64,000 bases of DNA from Lama guanicoe (lineage: Eukaryota), in assembly GCA_013239625.1 (NCBI GenBank), contig MU054187.1:2489757-2553756 (forward strand). Direction: 5' to 3'. Below, one piece after another: positions 39,345 through 52,206 of the stretch. The stretch's first letter is position 1. Each line of letters starts with the position of its first letter. The notes beneath the pieces were generated by a model. It was given only the letters and a program-made list of their open reading frames with translations, ran no database searches and was not told the origin of the DNA. The translations under genes and the position numbers were made by a program.

Positions 39345-39720
39345 TGTTATGGGTTGAACTGTGTCCGCACAAAATGCATGTGTTGAAGTCTTGACTGTCA
39401 ACACCTCAGAAGGTGACCTTATTTGGAGATTGGGTTGTTGCAGGCGTGATTAGCTAAGATGAGGTCATTAGGGTGGGTCCTAGTCCAATATGACTGGTGT
39501 CCTTATAGGAAGGGAAGGTTTGGACACAGAGACAGACACAGATAAAGGGAAGATGAGGTGGAGACATGAGCCAAGGAGAGAAGGCTGGAGCGGACCCTTC
39601 CCCTACGGTCCTCAGAGGGAACCGACCCTTCGAATGCCTGGACTTGCGGCCTTCAGAGCCGTGACATCATGAGTTCTGTTGTTGAAGCCGCCAGCCTGTG
39701 AGACCTCCTTGTCGCGCCCT
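39345..39720 (+). mobile_element. MaLR LTR (MLT1-like)
   Basis: Starts tgttatgggttgaactgtgtcc and contains gtgaccttatttggagat...gggtgggtcctagtccaatatgactggtgtccttatag. Confidence 0.8.
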
Positions 39721-40110
39721 CGCCAGCCAGCGCTGTGCTAAGTGCTTCACAGGCATTAACGTGTGTGCGCCTCACCGTCAAACCCACGACAGAACCCACG
39801 CTGAAGCCGGAGGGGGAGAAGCTACCAGCAGAAGGAAGCAATCGGCCTCCTCCAGATGTGCCACATCCACAAGATAAATGATGTGGGTCTTCCAACAAAA
39901 CAAGGTGGTGATTAGAAAAGAGGGAGAGAGAGAGAGAGAGAGAACTGTTATGGAATAAACGTGGCTCACGATCTACAGTAACCACATTCAACATTCAAAC
40001 CGTATTCACAGTCTGAATGACTAAACCAGCTCTAAAATACATCTTTGAGACAGCTGGGGAAATGGGCTACGGACTAGATATTCAGATGATGTTAATGAAT
40101 TATCGTCAGC

Positions 40111-40229
40111 GGGGAGGGACAGCTCAGTGGTAGAGCACGTGCCTAGCGTGCACAAGGTCCTGGGTTCCATCCCCGGTACCTCTGTTAAAAAAATAAATAA
40201 ATAAACCTAATTACCACCCCCAAATTAAA
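40111..40229 (+). mobile_element. tRNA-derived SINE (Vic-1-like)
   Basis: ggggagggacagctcagtggtagagcac...gggttccatcccc...aaataaataaacctaattacc. Confidence 0.9.
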
Positions 40230-40574
40230 TCTAAAAATTACTAATTTTGCTGCGTGTGACAACAGCGCTTGTTAGAAAGCGCACGACCTAATTAGTCAGA
40301 GAGACTTAGTTTAGAGGGATTTAGGAAAAATGTTTAGGACAAGGTGATGCATGGATTTCTGTAGTTCATTCTGCTGTTCCCTCTGCCATTAAAAATATGT
40401 TTGAAAAATGGCCATAATAAAGAGGATAAACAAACAAACACAAAACAATGGGATTCTACCACTGCTGTTCTGCAAATGAGGAAACTGAAGTGAGGGGAGG
40501 GTTAGGAAGCGCGTTGGAAGAGCCAGGCTGTGACCAGTCAGTCTGGTTTCAGAGTGTAATTCCAAACAGGTGTT

Positions 40575-40762
40575 CTTTCTTTCTTTCTTTTTCTCTCTTC
40601 CTTCCTTCCCTCCTTTCTTTCTCTCTCTTTCTCTTTCTTCCTTTCTTTTGTAGGGGAGGTAATTTGTTTTACTTATTTATTTTTAGAAGAGGTACTGAGG
40701 GGTGGAGCCTAGGACCTCAAGCAAGTGAAACAGGCACTCTAGCGCTGAGCTATGCCTGCCCC
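40575..40762 (-). mobile_element. Vic-1-like SINE whose tail has expanded into a CT-rich microsatellite
   Basis: Reverse SINE at ~40650-40762, a (TTTC/CTTC/CT)n tract at 40575-40648, and flanking direct repeat acaggtgtt. Confidence 0.8.
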
Positions 40763-42204
40763 CTCGCCCCAGACAGGTGTTTAAAATATCCATAATTAAT
40801 GACAACGTGACAGTGTTTTCCCGTCCCACACCAACCCTCTGAGATAAGCACCTCCATCCCGGCCCATCCCTGTTGGTACATGGGCGCAGTCACCCTCATC
40901 TCAGAGGTGGAAGCTGACGTCACAGGTGATCTGGGGAAGGGCACATATTGACCACAGAAAGTGGAAACCAAGAGTGGAACCCAGATTTCTTGATTTCAGG
41001 TCAAATGCGGACACCAGATGGCCTGGCCTGAGTGCTTCCCGTGTAATAAGAGGAAGGCCGCAGGGCAGGGACTCCTGGATTGGGCTCCCCAGTGGTCAGC
41101 TCACTCACCTCCAGCACAGGCCTCAGGTGTCCAGGATGTAAACTGGAGACAGTGACCACCCACCCCCTCCTGCCCATGGTGCCAGCCTCCCAGGTGCTGT
41201 GACCCCTGGGGAAAGAGGACGGGGAACAGCTAAGATGCTAGCCTTGCCTCTCGAAGCAGAACCACATATCAGCTTGCGTGCAGAGGAAAAGGTGATTAAA
41301 GGTGCAGAAAAGGCCATTTTGGAGGCAAAATGGGGCATAGAGAGGGTCCCACAGTTACAAAATCATCATATTTACACTCACACCATTTCAGCAGCTTGAG
41401 ATAAGAGTCCGGGCATAGGTGGGAGACACTCAGGCCATCCCTGGGAGGCGGCTGTGATCTCCTGACCTTTCTCTTGGCACTTGGGCTGTGGACGGTCACT
41501 TTTAGCCCCAACTTCTCAGAAGCAGCCTGTGTTATCCATCAGGGCCTGTCCATCCAGTTCAAGTTCACAGTGATAAATCTCGCGGCCCCGGAGGGTCCTC
41601 ACAAAGGTGGGTGTGGCCTGCTGATAGCACGCGTGATTGAGTGCTTTCCTGTGTCAAATATAGCCGTAATATACCACAAACAGGCAGGCAAGTTTTATAC
41701 AAACTGATCTGGCTGCTATCAGCTGCTCTGACATTTTATACTAATACTTAAAATAAATCTAGAAACAGGAAAGAAAGTGCAGAATTATTGCTTTCAGCAG
41801 GCTGCTCGAGCTTATCTTCAAAGTGGCAGAGGTCCTATTGTGTTGAGAGGAACGGCTCACTCCACTGGCATGAAGGTTAGCGACAGCCGCCGCACAGCTC
41901 AGCGTCCCCAGCCCAGGGCTCCGTTGCTTTCCTTGTCTTCTTGCTCACCTGGGGACCTCTCAGTGCACCCGTGAGCCCCTAACACCTCTTAGAAGCTCTT
42001 TAGAATTTCTTATTAAAACTAGCCAAATCATCACGACGCGGGAGCCCGCACTTAGACACTGGGCTCGACCCCTGGGTGCGCTGTCTCTGCGTGTGCGTGG
42101 CTCCTGGAAGCAGGGGGAAGCTCGCGCTGTTCCGGATTTTCTCTTTAGACTGAGAGTCTGAGGGAGAAGTGACCCGTGAAATTAGGCTTAAAGAATCTAA
42201 TTTT

Positions 42205-42467
42205 AAAAAGAAAACATGGGATTACCAGAGAGGGAAGCAGGGTTGGGGGAAAGGGGCATGTGGAAGGATAAATTGGGAGTCTGAGATTTGCAGATACACA
42301 CCATTATATATAAAATAGATACACAGCAAGGGCCTACTGCACAGCACAGGGAATGGTACGCAATACCTTGTGACAGCCTCTAATGGAGAAGAACATGAAA
42401 AGCAATCACTATGCTGTACACTAGAAATTAACAACACTGTACACCGACTGTACTTCAATTAAAAAAA
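42205..42467 (+). mobile_element. L1 3'UTR fragment
   Basis: ggataaattgggagtctgagatttgcagataca...ctatgctgtacactagaaattaacaacactgta...acttcaattaaaaaaa. Confidence 0.8.
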
Positions 42468-42544
42468 GGGGAGTGAGAAAAAAAGAAAAATAGATCCTCG
42501 GGAAATAAAAATAAAAGAGAACCTAGAAGGTGTCTAGTTCATCC

Positions 42545-42715
42545 AGCAATTCTCATCTCTGGCAACGCATTAGAACTACTTGGGGAGCTTTTAAAAAATA
42601 TTGATGCCCTTAACTACCAGAGTCCAATTTAAGAGTTCTGGAAATTTCCAGAGGCACTGATGTGTTTGAAAATCTCCCAACGAGACTCCAAGGGGCAAAA
42701 GGGTAGAGAAACATT
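42545..42715. mobile_element. MER5-like DNA transposon relic
   Basis: gcattagaactacttggggagctttttaaaaaatattgatgccc...aaaatctccc. Confidence 0.55.
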
Positions 42716-43629
42716 CCTTATTCACGGCTCACGAGACAGAGAGGCATCTGAGACCCAGGAAGGAAGGGCTGCTGGTCCCACAGAAAGCGTGAGGGCACGG
42801 CCAGCCGGGGCCCCAGCACTCCGCTCAGCGGTCTTGTTCAGGGCTGTGATGTACCGGTACCCTTAACCCAAACAAATCTGCAAATGGATGGAAGGCTGAA
42901 AACTTACCTAAATTTGCAGCGACGGGGCTGGGTTTCTTCCCCGTAGCTTTAATTCATAGCTCAAGTCTCTTTGTTATTATAGACAGAATCAGAGGGCTTT
43001 ATTCTGTCGTTTCTGGGTACGCCTTTACGTCTTGGTTCCTCCTTTCTCTCTCAGCACAACTCTGTGTAGAGCTGAATTGTGAAAGACTGCGGAAGACTGG
43101 GGAAGAATCCACTTTGTGAAACTGAATCACGCTAAGTTTTGATGATAACAATTAAATATAATGAGTTTAAAATAGCGTGACAGAGAGCGCAGAGCAGAGC
43201 TGAATTAGCCTGGGCGGCTACATCTCTGTGTTTGTAAGAACAAGAGAGCTTATTCCTCCTTCTGCGCACATCAACGTCATTTCTGGCAAGCGTTTTCAAA
43301 AGCATTTTCTACCGAGTAAACAGTACGTGTCACATATGATTGTGGACATTATGCTTCCAGCATTTGCTAGGATAGCCCTATTTTAAATACTCTATCCTTT
43401 TATTCACATGAAAAGTAAAAAGGACTTAGAAACTTCAGTGTTTTTTGAGCTTTTTATCCAAGTGATGTCCCTGAGATTATACCTGAAGTGTTATAAAAAT
43501 TCACGGTTGGCTCACGTGTCTAGATTTTGGTCTGGAGAAGACGGCCAGCCTGTAGATACGTCCATGGTGCTGATGGAGCCTGTTTGGGGCCCTAAGACGT
43601 GGGTGTGGGTCCTGCAGGCCTGGAGATGA

Positions 43630-44420
43630 TGAGTCTTGCTCACCCGCATGGAGCAACGTCCCCACGGCCGGGGCAACAGCACCGTGCGGGGCCCCGGGCT
43701 GCCGGGCCGGGGCTGGTCCCGGCTGGCACACCTCGCACAGCATCGGGGGAAGCCCGCGAGGCTGCGTGGAGTCGTCGTGACCCGCCGTTCGCGCGTCGCC
43801 CCCGTTGCTCGCGAAGCTGTCCCTCTCCGCAGTGTCCTGGGTCACTTCCTCCACTACCTCAGCCCCCGTCCTGCGTGCTCCGGAGCCTCCCTGTGTCCGG
43901 AGTGGGAGCAGACGCTGCCGTCTCCTGTCCGGCCGTCGGTGTCTGCCCTGCCGCCCTGTGCTCCTCTTCCTGCTCCTTACTCACCTGCAGCACCCGGCCG
44001 GGAGCGGGAGGTTCATGGACGGGCCCGCCACCTCCTCCCAGCCTTCCCCTCGCCAGCCCTCGGCCTCCCCGCTGGCCCTTCCTCGGGCTCGCCCCCTGCA
44101 CCCCAGCTGCTCGGACGGGGCTGCACGCGGGATCACGGGCGTCTGCGTCCCGGCCCCAGGGGTCCTGTTCGTAAATCTGGGGTCAGATGTGGCCTGGGGG
44201 CCGTCCGGAACTCCCAGGGCTGTGAGGGGGCCGGAGGGGCCTCGCTCAGTGTTTGCGGGCGGCTCCCCGCTCTGGCCACTCCCTCGGCCTGAACGTCCTC
44301 TCCTCTCCCACCACCTTGCCTGGGCCGCCTGTCCACAGCTGGCCTCACGAGGGGAGGCCGCCATCAGAGAGTTCGGTGTCGCCCGTGGGGCAGGGCGGCC
44401 AACGGGAGATTCGAGGGAGA
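43630..44420. promoter_or_regulatory. Orphan CpG island
   Basis: About 800 bp of GC- and CpG-rich sequence with no recognisable repeat or coding signature. Confidence 0.55.
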
Positions 44421-46257
44421 GTTCACACTTCGAGGGCCAGCAGATCATCAATTTGCAAGCATCTAAGAGGAAGGGCGTCCGTGGAGAAGGGCCCTCCCTC
44501 GTGGAAAGTGGGCTTTGTCTTTTCATTGGCTGGCTGTGCTTCCAGACCGCGTTCTACAACACAAAGGAAGATCAGAAATGAGATTCTTTGGGGAGTTTGG
44601 AGGCCATTCCATTCGTGAACTTCTGTGTCCTCTACAAATTCTTCGCATAGCTTGCTCGCTTACAGGCAACCGGCTCCCACCTCTCCACTTTCCGGAGAGG
44701 TGGGGTCCTCGAGCCCCCAGGTCTGATGTGCCTCACTGGGGACGGGAGGGGTGGAGACAGGGAGGGGCTGCTAAAATATCTTCAGGAACTGTCACACGAT
44801 CACTCCCCAAAGATAGGAGCACGAATTGGCCTGGATCGCCCCATCCTGTTTGTACAAATAGGGAGCGATTCAGTGGACTCAGGCAGCTTGAAACTGATCT
44901 TTTCTCAACCATCTAATTCTACTTCACACTCTCCTTTCCCTCACAAGCATCTTGGACATTTTCTTCTTCTGATTCATGCAAGAACTTACAGTCTTGTCTT
45001 TAGAGGACCATAAAGGAAATTGAAGCAGAAACCCAAGTTCGTGGGAATAAAGGAGAATTTTGGGCCAGCCCCAGCCCCAGCCCCAGCCCGTGTAACACAC
45101 TGACTGCTGTTTGCATGCCTGGTGTTCACATGAGATGCAGTTCGAATTGCTGAGAGTTTAGATACCAGGGGTGACAGTGAAGAGCGCGAAGTCTGGATTT
45201 ATGCGCCCCAGCTTCCCTTGGGGAGTGCCCTGGGCTTATTCCTAACCTCTCTACTCCACTTTCTGCACCTCAGAAATGGGTATGATGACCAGAGGTTGGT
45301 GTGAGGTCTAACCCGGGGTGTCTTGTGAAGAGCTTACCTGGCCCGTGGTAACACAGGTGACTTTAAAAGAGTGACCAGGGTTTTGTTTTTTCTGGCAGAG
45401 TCATCATCTTGGCATTAATTGCACCACTTTCTTTGAATAGATTAGACTGCATGGTTCTCATAAGTTAAAGGTGGTACAAGAAAGAAAGAGGGCCCCCTGT
45501 CCAAGGTCAAGTCCCAGTGTCACAAGGGACCATCCTCAGCACACACGTTTTGTACCTGGAAGTGACGGCACGGGGCCCTCGGGAGAAGGGAGCAGCAAGA
45601 GGCCCGGTGACTCGGGTCGCAGCGCTGGCTTAGCGGCAGGGCCGTGATGGCTTCCCGGGTCCCCCGTTCCCCGCCCACCAGTCTTCCCAACGCCCTCGGG
45701 CACGACTTCCCTGATCACCCCAGACCAGGTGCTGGTTTATATCACCCACCATTCATCATCTCATGGTGCTGAAATTAACTGGATATCAAAGCCCTTAGCA
45801 CTTCTGAAAGGGCCAACTGGTAACAAAAGTACAGGAGAACTTTCTCATAAGGACACCTTTGCTGTCCCACGTCTTAACAGCTACCCCCGAGGAATGCGGG
45901 TGTCGCTTGCAGAGGTCAAGGGTGAGGACCGAGTGGAGAGGAGGGACCTCCCCTCCGTGCCTGGGAAGCGCAGGTGTTATTCAGTTATTTCTGAAGAACG
46001 GAGCTGCAAGTTTAAAGAATGTAACCAAACAGACATTCGCGGCTCTAACTTGACAAGAGAGAAGTACTGAGCTTCATAACTCTTAGGATTGGTGGAGAAC
46101 TCATCTCTGTTGTTTATGGAGAGGGCGAAGGGGCTTGTAATCAACTCAGTCCTTAGCGGGCTGGAGAAATCCTAAAACTACTAGGAAAATATTTCCCTCC
46201 AAAAGAGAAAAATTCACCAAAAGAAAGAATTGAGTAACTTTAAGAATTTAAGATTAA

Positions 46258-46540
46258 TAGAAACAGACTCACAGGCACAGAAACCAAATTTCTGGTTACC
46301 AGGGAGTGGGGGAGGCGGCGGGCGGAGGGACAAAGTGGGAGCTTGGGATCTGCAGATACTACTGCATGTAGAGCAGGCAGACAGCACGTGTGTGCTGTGC
46401 AGCACGGGGGCTGCATTCCACACCTCGTTACAGCCCACAGCGAAAAGGAACATGCATGTGTGTGTGTATAACTGGGTCATTATGCTGTACACCAGAAATT
46501 AATACTTATAAGCCGATTATACTTCAATTGAAAAAAAAGA
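46258..46540 (+). mobile_element. L1 3'UTR fragment
   Basis: agaaacagactcacaggcacagaaacc...tgctgtacaccagaaatt...tatacttcaattgaaaaaaa. Confidence 0.8.
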
Positions 46541-49500
46541 AATGTAAGGTTGATGTCGTAAGTACTAACCTGGTCCCTCCGCAGGCCCCACCCCGGGTTT
46601 TCTTCTCTTTGACCAGCTCACAAGTAAGCAGCTGTGCATGGTGGACGGGTCACTCCAGCACCGAAGATTTTTAACACAATCTCAGACCAGGTCTTAAGGC
46701 CACTTGTGTTTAATCACCTCGTCACACCGACAGCCTCCTCGTAGGGGAAACCTCGGGGCCTAGCAACCATGAGCCTCAGGCGTGATCCAGACCCCACCTG
46801 TGAGGTGCGCACCGCTCGGGGGTCACCCTGGACGCAGCAGGCACCCCTCAGTCTGAGTTTCACCAGATGCCTTTGAAGTTACATCAGTCTCCGGCTTCTC
46901 AAGCCGCAGGGAGGGGCGTAGCAATGCCACTGCCCAGAGATAGGCGCGGATTAGACGGCCCCGAGCCCGGGGGTGGGGGTCAGTCTGTCCGGGCTTAGGG
47001 ATTGCTTTGCTGTGACACCACCTGTGGGGCCAGGACAATGCTTAATAAAGCTGAGACCTGCAGCCTTCAGCTGGATAGAACCCAGACTGATAACCTTAAC
47101 CCGAGCCCCTCGTACCTGCCAGGAAGTCACCGCGAGATTAGAAAACGTAATTGCATCTGACAAAGGGGCTGCCAAGACTGTGTTTGAAGAGGGGGCTTTA
47201 TCAGCTCCCTTGTGCGAAGGCTAATGGGGGCCGGGCTCTCCCGCCGCTGGTCTCTCACCTCCCACGCAGTCCCGTCCGATTCTGTCAGAACGTTCGGGGA
47301 GCAGCTCAGAAGCCCTCCGAGGCCCAGCACCGCACGGTCCTCCGTCTGGTCTAAGCTGGCCGCGGGCCCGCAGAGCTGAACCCGCGTGGCCGTGAGAGCC
47401 GCCGCCGCCGCCGCCCAGGCCCTCCCGCCCTCCTCGCGCCGCGCTCTTGAGCGCGTGCCTCACACTGACTTCCTCACCTTCCGGCGCTGGTTCTCTGACT
47501 CTCCCCCACTAAGGTGGAGAGACCCTTAAAGGACAGGCATTCGCCTAGTTTTGTATTCCCGGAGCCCAGCACAGATGTTGTTCTGTGAGAGTCAGCCCCG
47601 CAGCATTGCCGACCTGAACTAAACTTGCTCAGAGGAATCTCAGGTTTTCCTGTGGGTGGGTGTTGGGAGTAGGGCGAGGGCTGAGTGCTCCAGAGGAATC
47701 CACGTGGACCCCCCCTCCCCCTGCCCCTGCGATGGGCTGACTATCACTGAGCCCCGGAGGGGCGTGGGGGACGGGCGGGCAGGGTGCGAGCAGCAGACAA
47801 AATGAAAGGAGACCGTTCACTCCGTCCTGACGGGGTGGGATCTCATCTGAGCCCCCTTCATAGGGGGGGAAGCAGCTCCAATGAGCCACAGGAAGGACTG
47901 TCACTTGTCTTCGTCTATGACGACCTTCATGACGAAGGTTCCGTGTCACATTTAGTCGCCCACGCCCCCTGAGTATCCACTGAGGCTGGTGAGGGGACGG
48001 CAGATAGGAAAAAGGAACACGCTCTAATGAGTCAGGGCGTTGGGTAGAGATCTGAAGAACTGGAACCCAAGAGTCTTAAAAATACATAGCTAAACATATA
48101 AAAGGCAGAAAAATTAAGTTAGGAAGGTCCTAACACAATTTAGAAAATGTTACCCACGTCTCCTCCACCCAAAATTAGATTTGAGCTAATATTCAGACCA
48201 GAGAAATGTGTATTACGGTTTATTTCCCGACAAGTGCTCCCCCACCCCCCACCTCCGTCCCTCGGGCCTATTTCCACCTTTCCCGAGGAGTTTAGCCCTA
48301 AGGGGCTCCCTGCTGAGCCTGAGTAAGTCGTCGTCCGGACACTCCGGACACTCCGGACCCCACGGAGGAAAGGAGGAAACACAGCGTCTGCAAATATGGA
48401 AGGCAGCTCGCAACTAGTCAGTGTGGAAGTGGGGCCGGCTAGGAAGAGGTGCGCCTGCTGCCAACGGCTCCTGGAGGAAGACGCCGTGGGTGCGATTCAA
48501 GTACCAGCCTTGCCTGGCTTTGTTAAGCAACACAAAATGCAACTAACGTACTCGTATAAAGCACGCACTCTGCACCCCAGCGGTGTCCTAGTGTGGAAGG
48601 TAGGGCTGCTATGCCCCGTCTTGTAGACGGAGGAAGGGATGCACCAGAGAGGCCGAGCTGTCAGCCAGTGACCCCCCGGGGCAGGCGGCAGCGGGGCTGG
48701 GGGGCTTTCCGCCCACGTCCACACCACAGGCTCCCTGACCAGATGGAGGGACACATTTTAGGCTCTGCAGCTCATCCTTTCTCAAGGGAACCAGCCTAAG
48801 AGCGCGCAAACCCAGCCTCTTCTTTCTGTGTACCCCCACATCCAGCAGGCATTCTTGTCTTGGGGTCTTGTACCAAAATCCTCTGACCCAGCTAGGAAGG
48901 AAAAGACAAAGTCACGGCCACAGGGCACATGGCAATGACAACATCTCCCCTCCGTCGAAGCATCTGGGTTTTCATTTCTTTGCTCCTCTGTAGGAACTGT
49001 CGGCAAGCGATGTAAAACCTCCCCACACAGCCGCCCATCACTGTCCCCACCTGGGAGGCGAGGTAGGAAGTACTGCCAGGCAACTTCCCATTACCCCAGT
49101 CCTTCCTTATGGACCATTTCCAGTTGGCTGCTCACCCAGTCCTTGTACGTTTGTGGCGATACAAAGGTGTCACGTGACCGAGAAATCTGGGGCTGCAAGA
49201 ACACTTGGTCGCCATACAGCTGTTGTTTTAGTCCAGGGCTGTTAAAATCCATTTGGTCCTAATGCCCTTCCAGGCTTATTTAAAGCAAAATTGCAATTGA
49301 AGTTGCTCTTCAAACCCCCTTTAAAATGAAAATTTGCAGCCATCCACTGATTTGCATAAAATCCTTAAGAGCATCTTCCATCTGCGTGAAGCATCCTAGT
49401 CCCAAAGGTGGCTTTGCAGAGAGGCAGCAGGCTCTGAATCCGTCATTCCACAGTTTCCCCTTGGCCATCTTTCTGGAAGTATGCGCTATAGTCTTTGTAC

Positions 49501-49944
49501 TAAATAAAAATCAGAGCAAGGTCGAGAGACTTCCAGGGTCCTCAACCCACATCAAGGATCCTGTCAACCTCCCTTACTCACACGGCCAGCACAGTGGCAG
49601 CCCAGGCAGCGAGGGCAGAACCGTCCTTGGGGTACCGTCCTGGAGGCTGAAAATGAAGGCAGGGATCTGGGAACCTCGGATTTAACCAGCTTGTCTGCCT
49701 TCGCCACAATGGAACATTGTTCGGCCTGGGCTCCATTAAACAATGGGCTTCGATAGGACCTAAGACCCACTGAGGAGGACAGCGCTGCATCCTCCCTCCT
49801 CAAGCAGGCCGAGCGGCCTTCCAGTTTGTTCTCGCTGCACCCAGTGTGTGTGTAACAGATTATGGCCCTAAATCTCCCCCAGCCCCTCCCCTATTACTTT
49901 ACTGCTGCTCCAGACTTCCAGTGCATCCAGGGGGGCTTTTCCCT

Positions 49945-50023
49945 TTAACTTTTTTGGGGAATTCTTTTATTTTTTAAAACTTTATTTTTTGTTAATGGAG
50001 GTACTGGGGATTGAGCCCAGGAC
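49945..50023 (-). mobile_element. Truncated Vic-1-like SINE
   Basis: Contains ttaatggaggtactggggattgagcccaggac; the 5' (A-box) half is missing. Confidence 0.7.
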
Positions 50024-51157
50024 GAGGGTGTTCTGGAAATGTTGGGTGATTTGTCATGGGACCCCACTGCTGAAATCCACAGCATTGCTTTTCCTGGTCG
50101 CTTAAAAATGAGATGAGTACGTTGCGTGAATGTGTTGGTACCCCAGTTTCTCCAAGTGTGAAATCAGTCCCCAGATCAAATTCCTGCCTGTAATCAGATG
50201 AAGAATCTATTTGTTCTCACCTTTATACGGGTATGCATTACACATATAAAGCATCAAAGCCTTCCAAATTTTTGCAAAGAATGTGCTCAACTAAAGAGAA
50301 CAAAGGAAAATGATAAAACTGTGGCCATAAGGAGCCCAACACAGCATAAACCTGAATATGCTACTCACATCCAATGCTGTAAAACTTTTACAAGATGGTC
50401 TATTCTGAAGCAGTTTTATTGGGTGATGGATAATGAATGTCACATAAAACAGTAGGATAGAAATCATTTACTCCTTGACAGAAATTATGAGAAATCATGT
50501 CTGCATATGGGCAAAGGCTGCAAGGTAATAGCTAAGAACAAAAATAGCTGTAGTAGGAAGGAGAATTCTGGCTCTTTAAAATCATTACGTTTAACATTTT
50601 GAAACATTTTATCAAGAAAAACATCCCAGTGATACAAGGACAATTCCTGTGGGAACGATGCTTTGTTCATCGGGTCTGGGGTCCAGCTCACTGCAAGGGT
50701 ACTTTGCTTTACTCTTGTACGTTACATTTGCCTCTGGCAGAATTCCTAGTGGTGGCTGGAACTGTGGGCCACGTCCTAACTTCGAGTCATCACGCAGGAC
50801 TTCAGGAATGCCCAGTGAGGGGCCCTGGAATGAGGATTACCTTTTCTCCTTCCTGTGAAGATGTTATAAGGGGAAACGAGAAAATTAACTGGAGTCAGTC
50901 CTTCCAGATAACGCCTTACAGGTGTTACCTCCAATCCAATGAGTATTAGATATTCATTTGCGAGCAGGGGAAACTGGGATCCAGATGTTAATTAACGTGC
51001 TCAAGGTCATTCTATGAGCAAGTTGATAGGGCAGGGATTTGAGCCCGACTTGGCTTCCCGCCATCCCCCAGTGCTGCCCCAAATCTGTTAGCTGGCCTAG
51101 CACACTGCCCTAGGTCCCAAAGGCAGGGCAACTCCATTAGACCCGAGAGGACTCTTT

Positions 51158-51443
51158 TTAAAAAAGAAATTTTTTATTGACGTGTTGTCCGTTTCCAATG
51201 TTAGTTTCAGGTGTACAGCAAACTGATTCAGTTACACATGCACATACATACATGTATTTTCTTTCCAGATTCTTTTCCATTATATGTTATTATAAAAATT
51301 TGGATATAGTTCCCTGTGCTCTACAGTAGGTCCTTGTAGTGTATCTATTTTATATACAGTAATGTGTGTCTGCCAATCCCCGACCCCTGGTTTATCCCTC
51401 CCCCACTTTCCCCTTTGGTAACCATAGCTTGTTTCCTATGTCG
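51158..51443 (-). mobile_element. L1 3'UTR fragment
   Basis: tttttattgacgtg...gttagtttcaggtgtacagc...ccctttggtaaccatag, flanked by direct repeat aggactcttt. Confidence 0.8.
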
Positions 51444-52044
51444 AAGGACTCTTTCAGCAGCATGTGCCCTGGCCGGGAGGGCAGGTGCCAGCCTGGGTAA
51501 TAATCAAGGAAGCTGCTACGCGCTTTTCGTGTGTGTTCTCACTTAATCCTCACGAATTAGCGATCCCCATTTTACAGTGGAAATCGAGGTGCAGAGAAGT
51601 TCACAACTTGTGCTGGGTTACACACATCGTAAGTGGCGGTGCCAGGGGTTGAATGTCTGGCCCCAGAATATCAGAGGTGCTGAAAAGAAATCCCTGCAAA
51701 AGACATTTTCTGCATTTCTCAGAACTAAGGCAAATCAGAGGGGAAAAACAGGACTGAAGTAAATGTCAGCTCTGGTTCTCCAAGGAGGGCGCTACAGGGT
51801 GCCCCCCCCCCAAGGGAAGTGCCTGAAATGATCAGGGAGACAGGCTGATTGTGGCTTTCCTTGGGATTTAAGCTCCCCCTCCCCCACTCTCCCAGTCAGT
51901 GCTAGAAATGCAAGGTTAGCCCTCCCCATCTCTTCCCTGGGAAAACCCGATTAAGTCCCTTATGTCTGTCCTCATTTAGCCCTTACCCCTTCAAGCAGAA
52001 GGCTTGGTTTTCCTTTTTTTTTTTTTGAGGGTTTTTGTGTTTTT

Positions 52045-52206
52045 GGAATTTTATTGGAACACAGCTCCGCATTCACTGAGATACTGTCCGTGACTGCTTT
52101 CCGGCGGTGACGGCAGCGTTGAGTAATGCCAGCAGACATGCTGTGGTCCACAGAGATAAAATATTTATTATCCGGCCCTTTATGGCAGAAGCTTGCTGAC
52201 CTCTGC
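52045..52206. mobile_element. MER58-like DNA transposon relic
   Basis: ttttattggaacacagc...aaaatatttattatccggccctttatggcagaagcttgctgacctctg. Confidence 0.7.
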
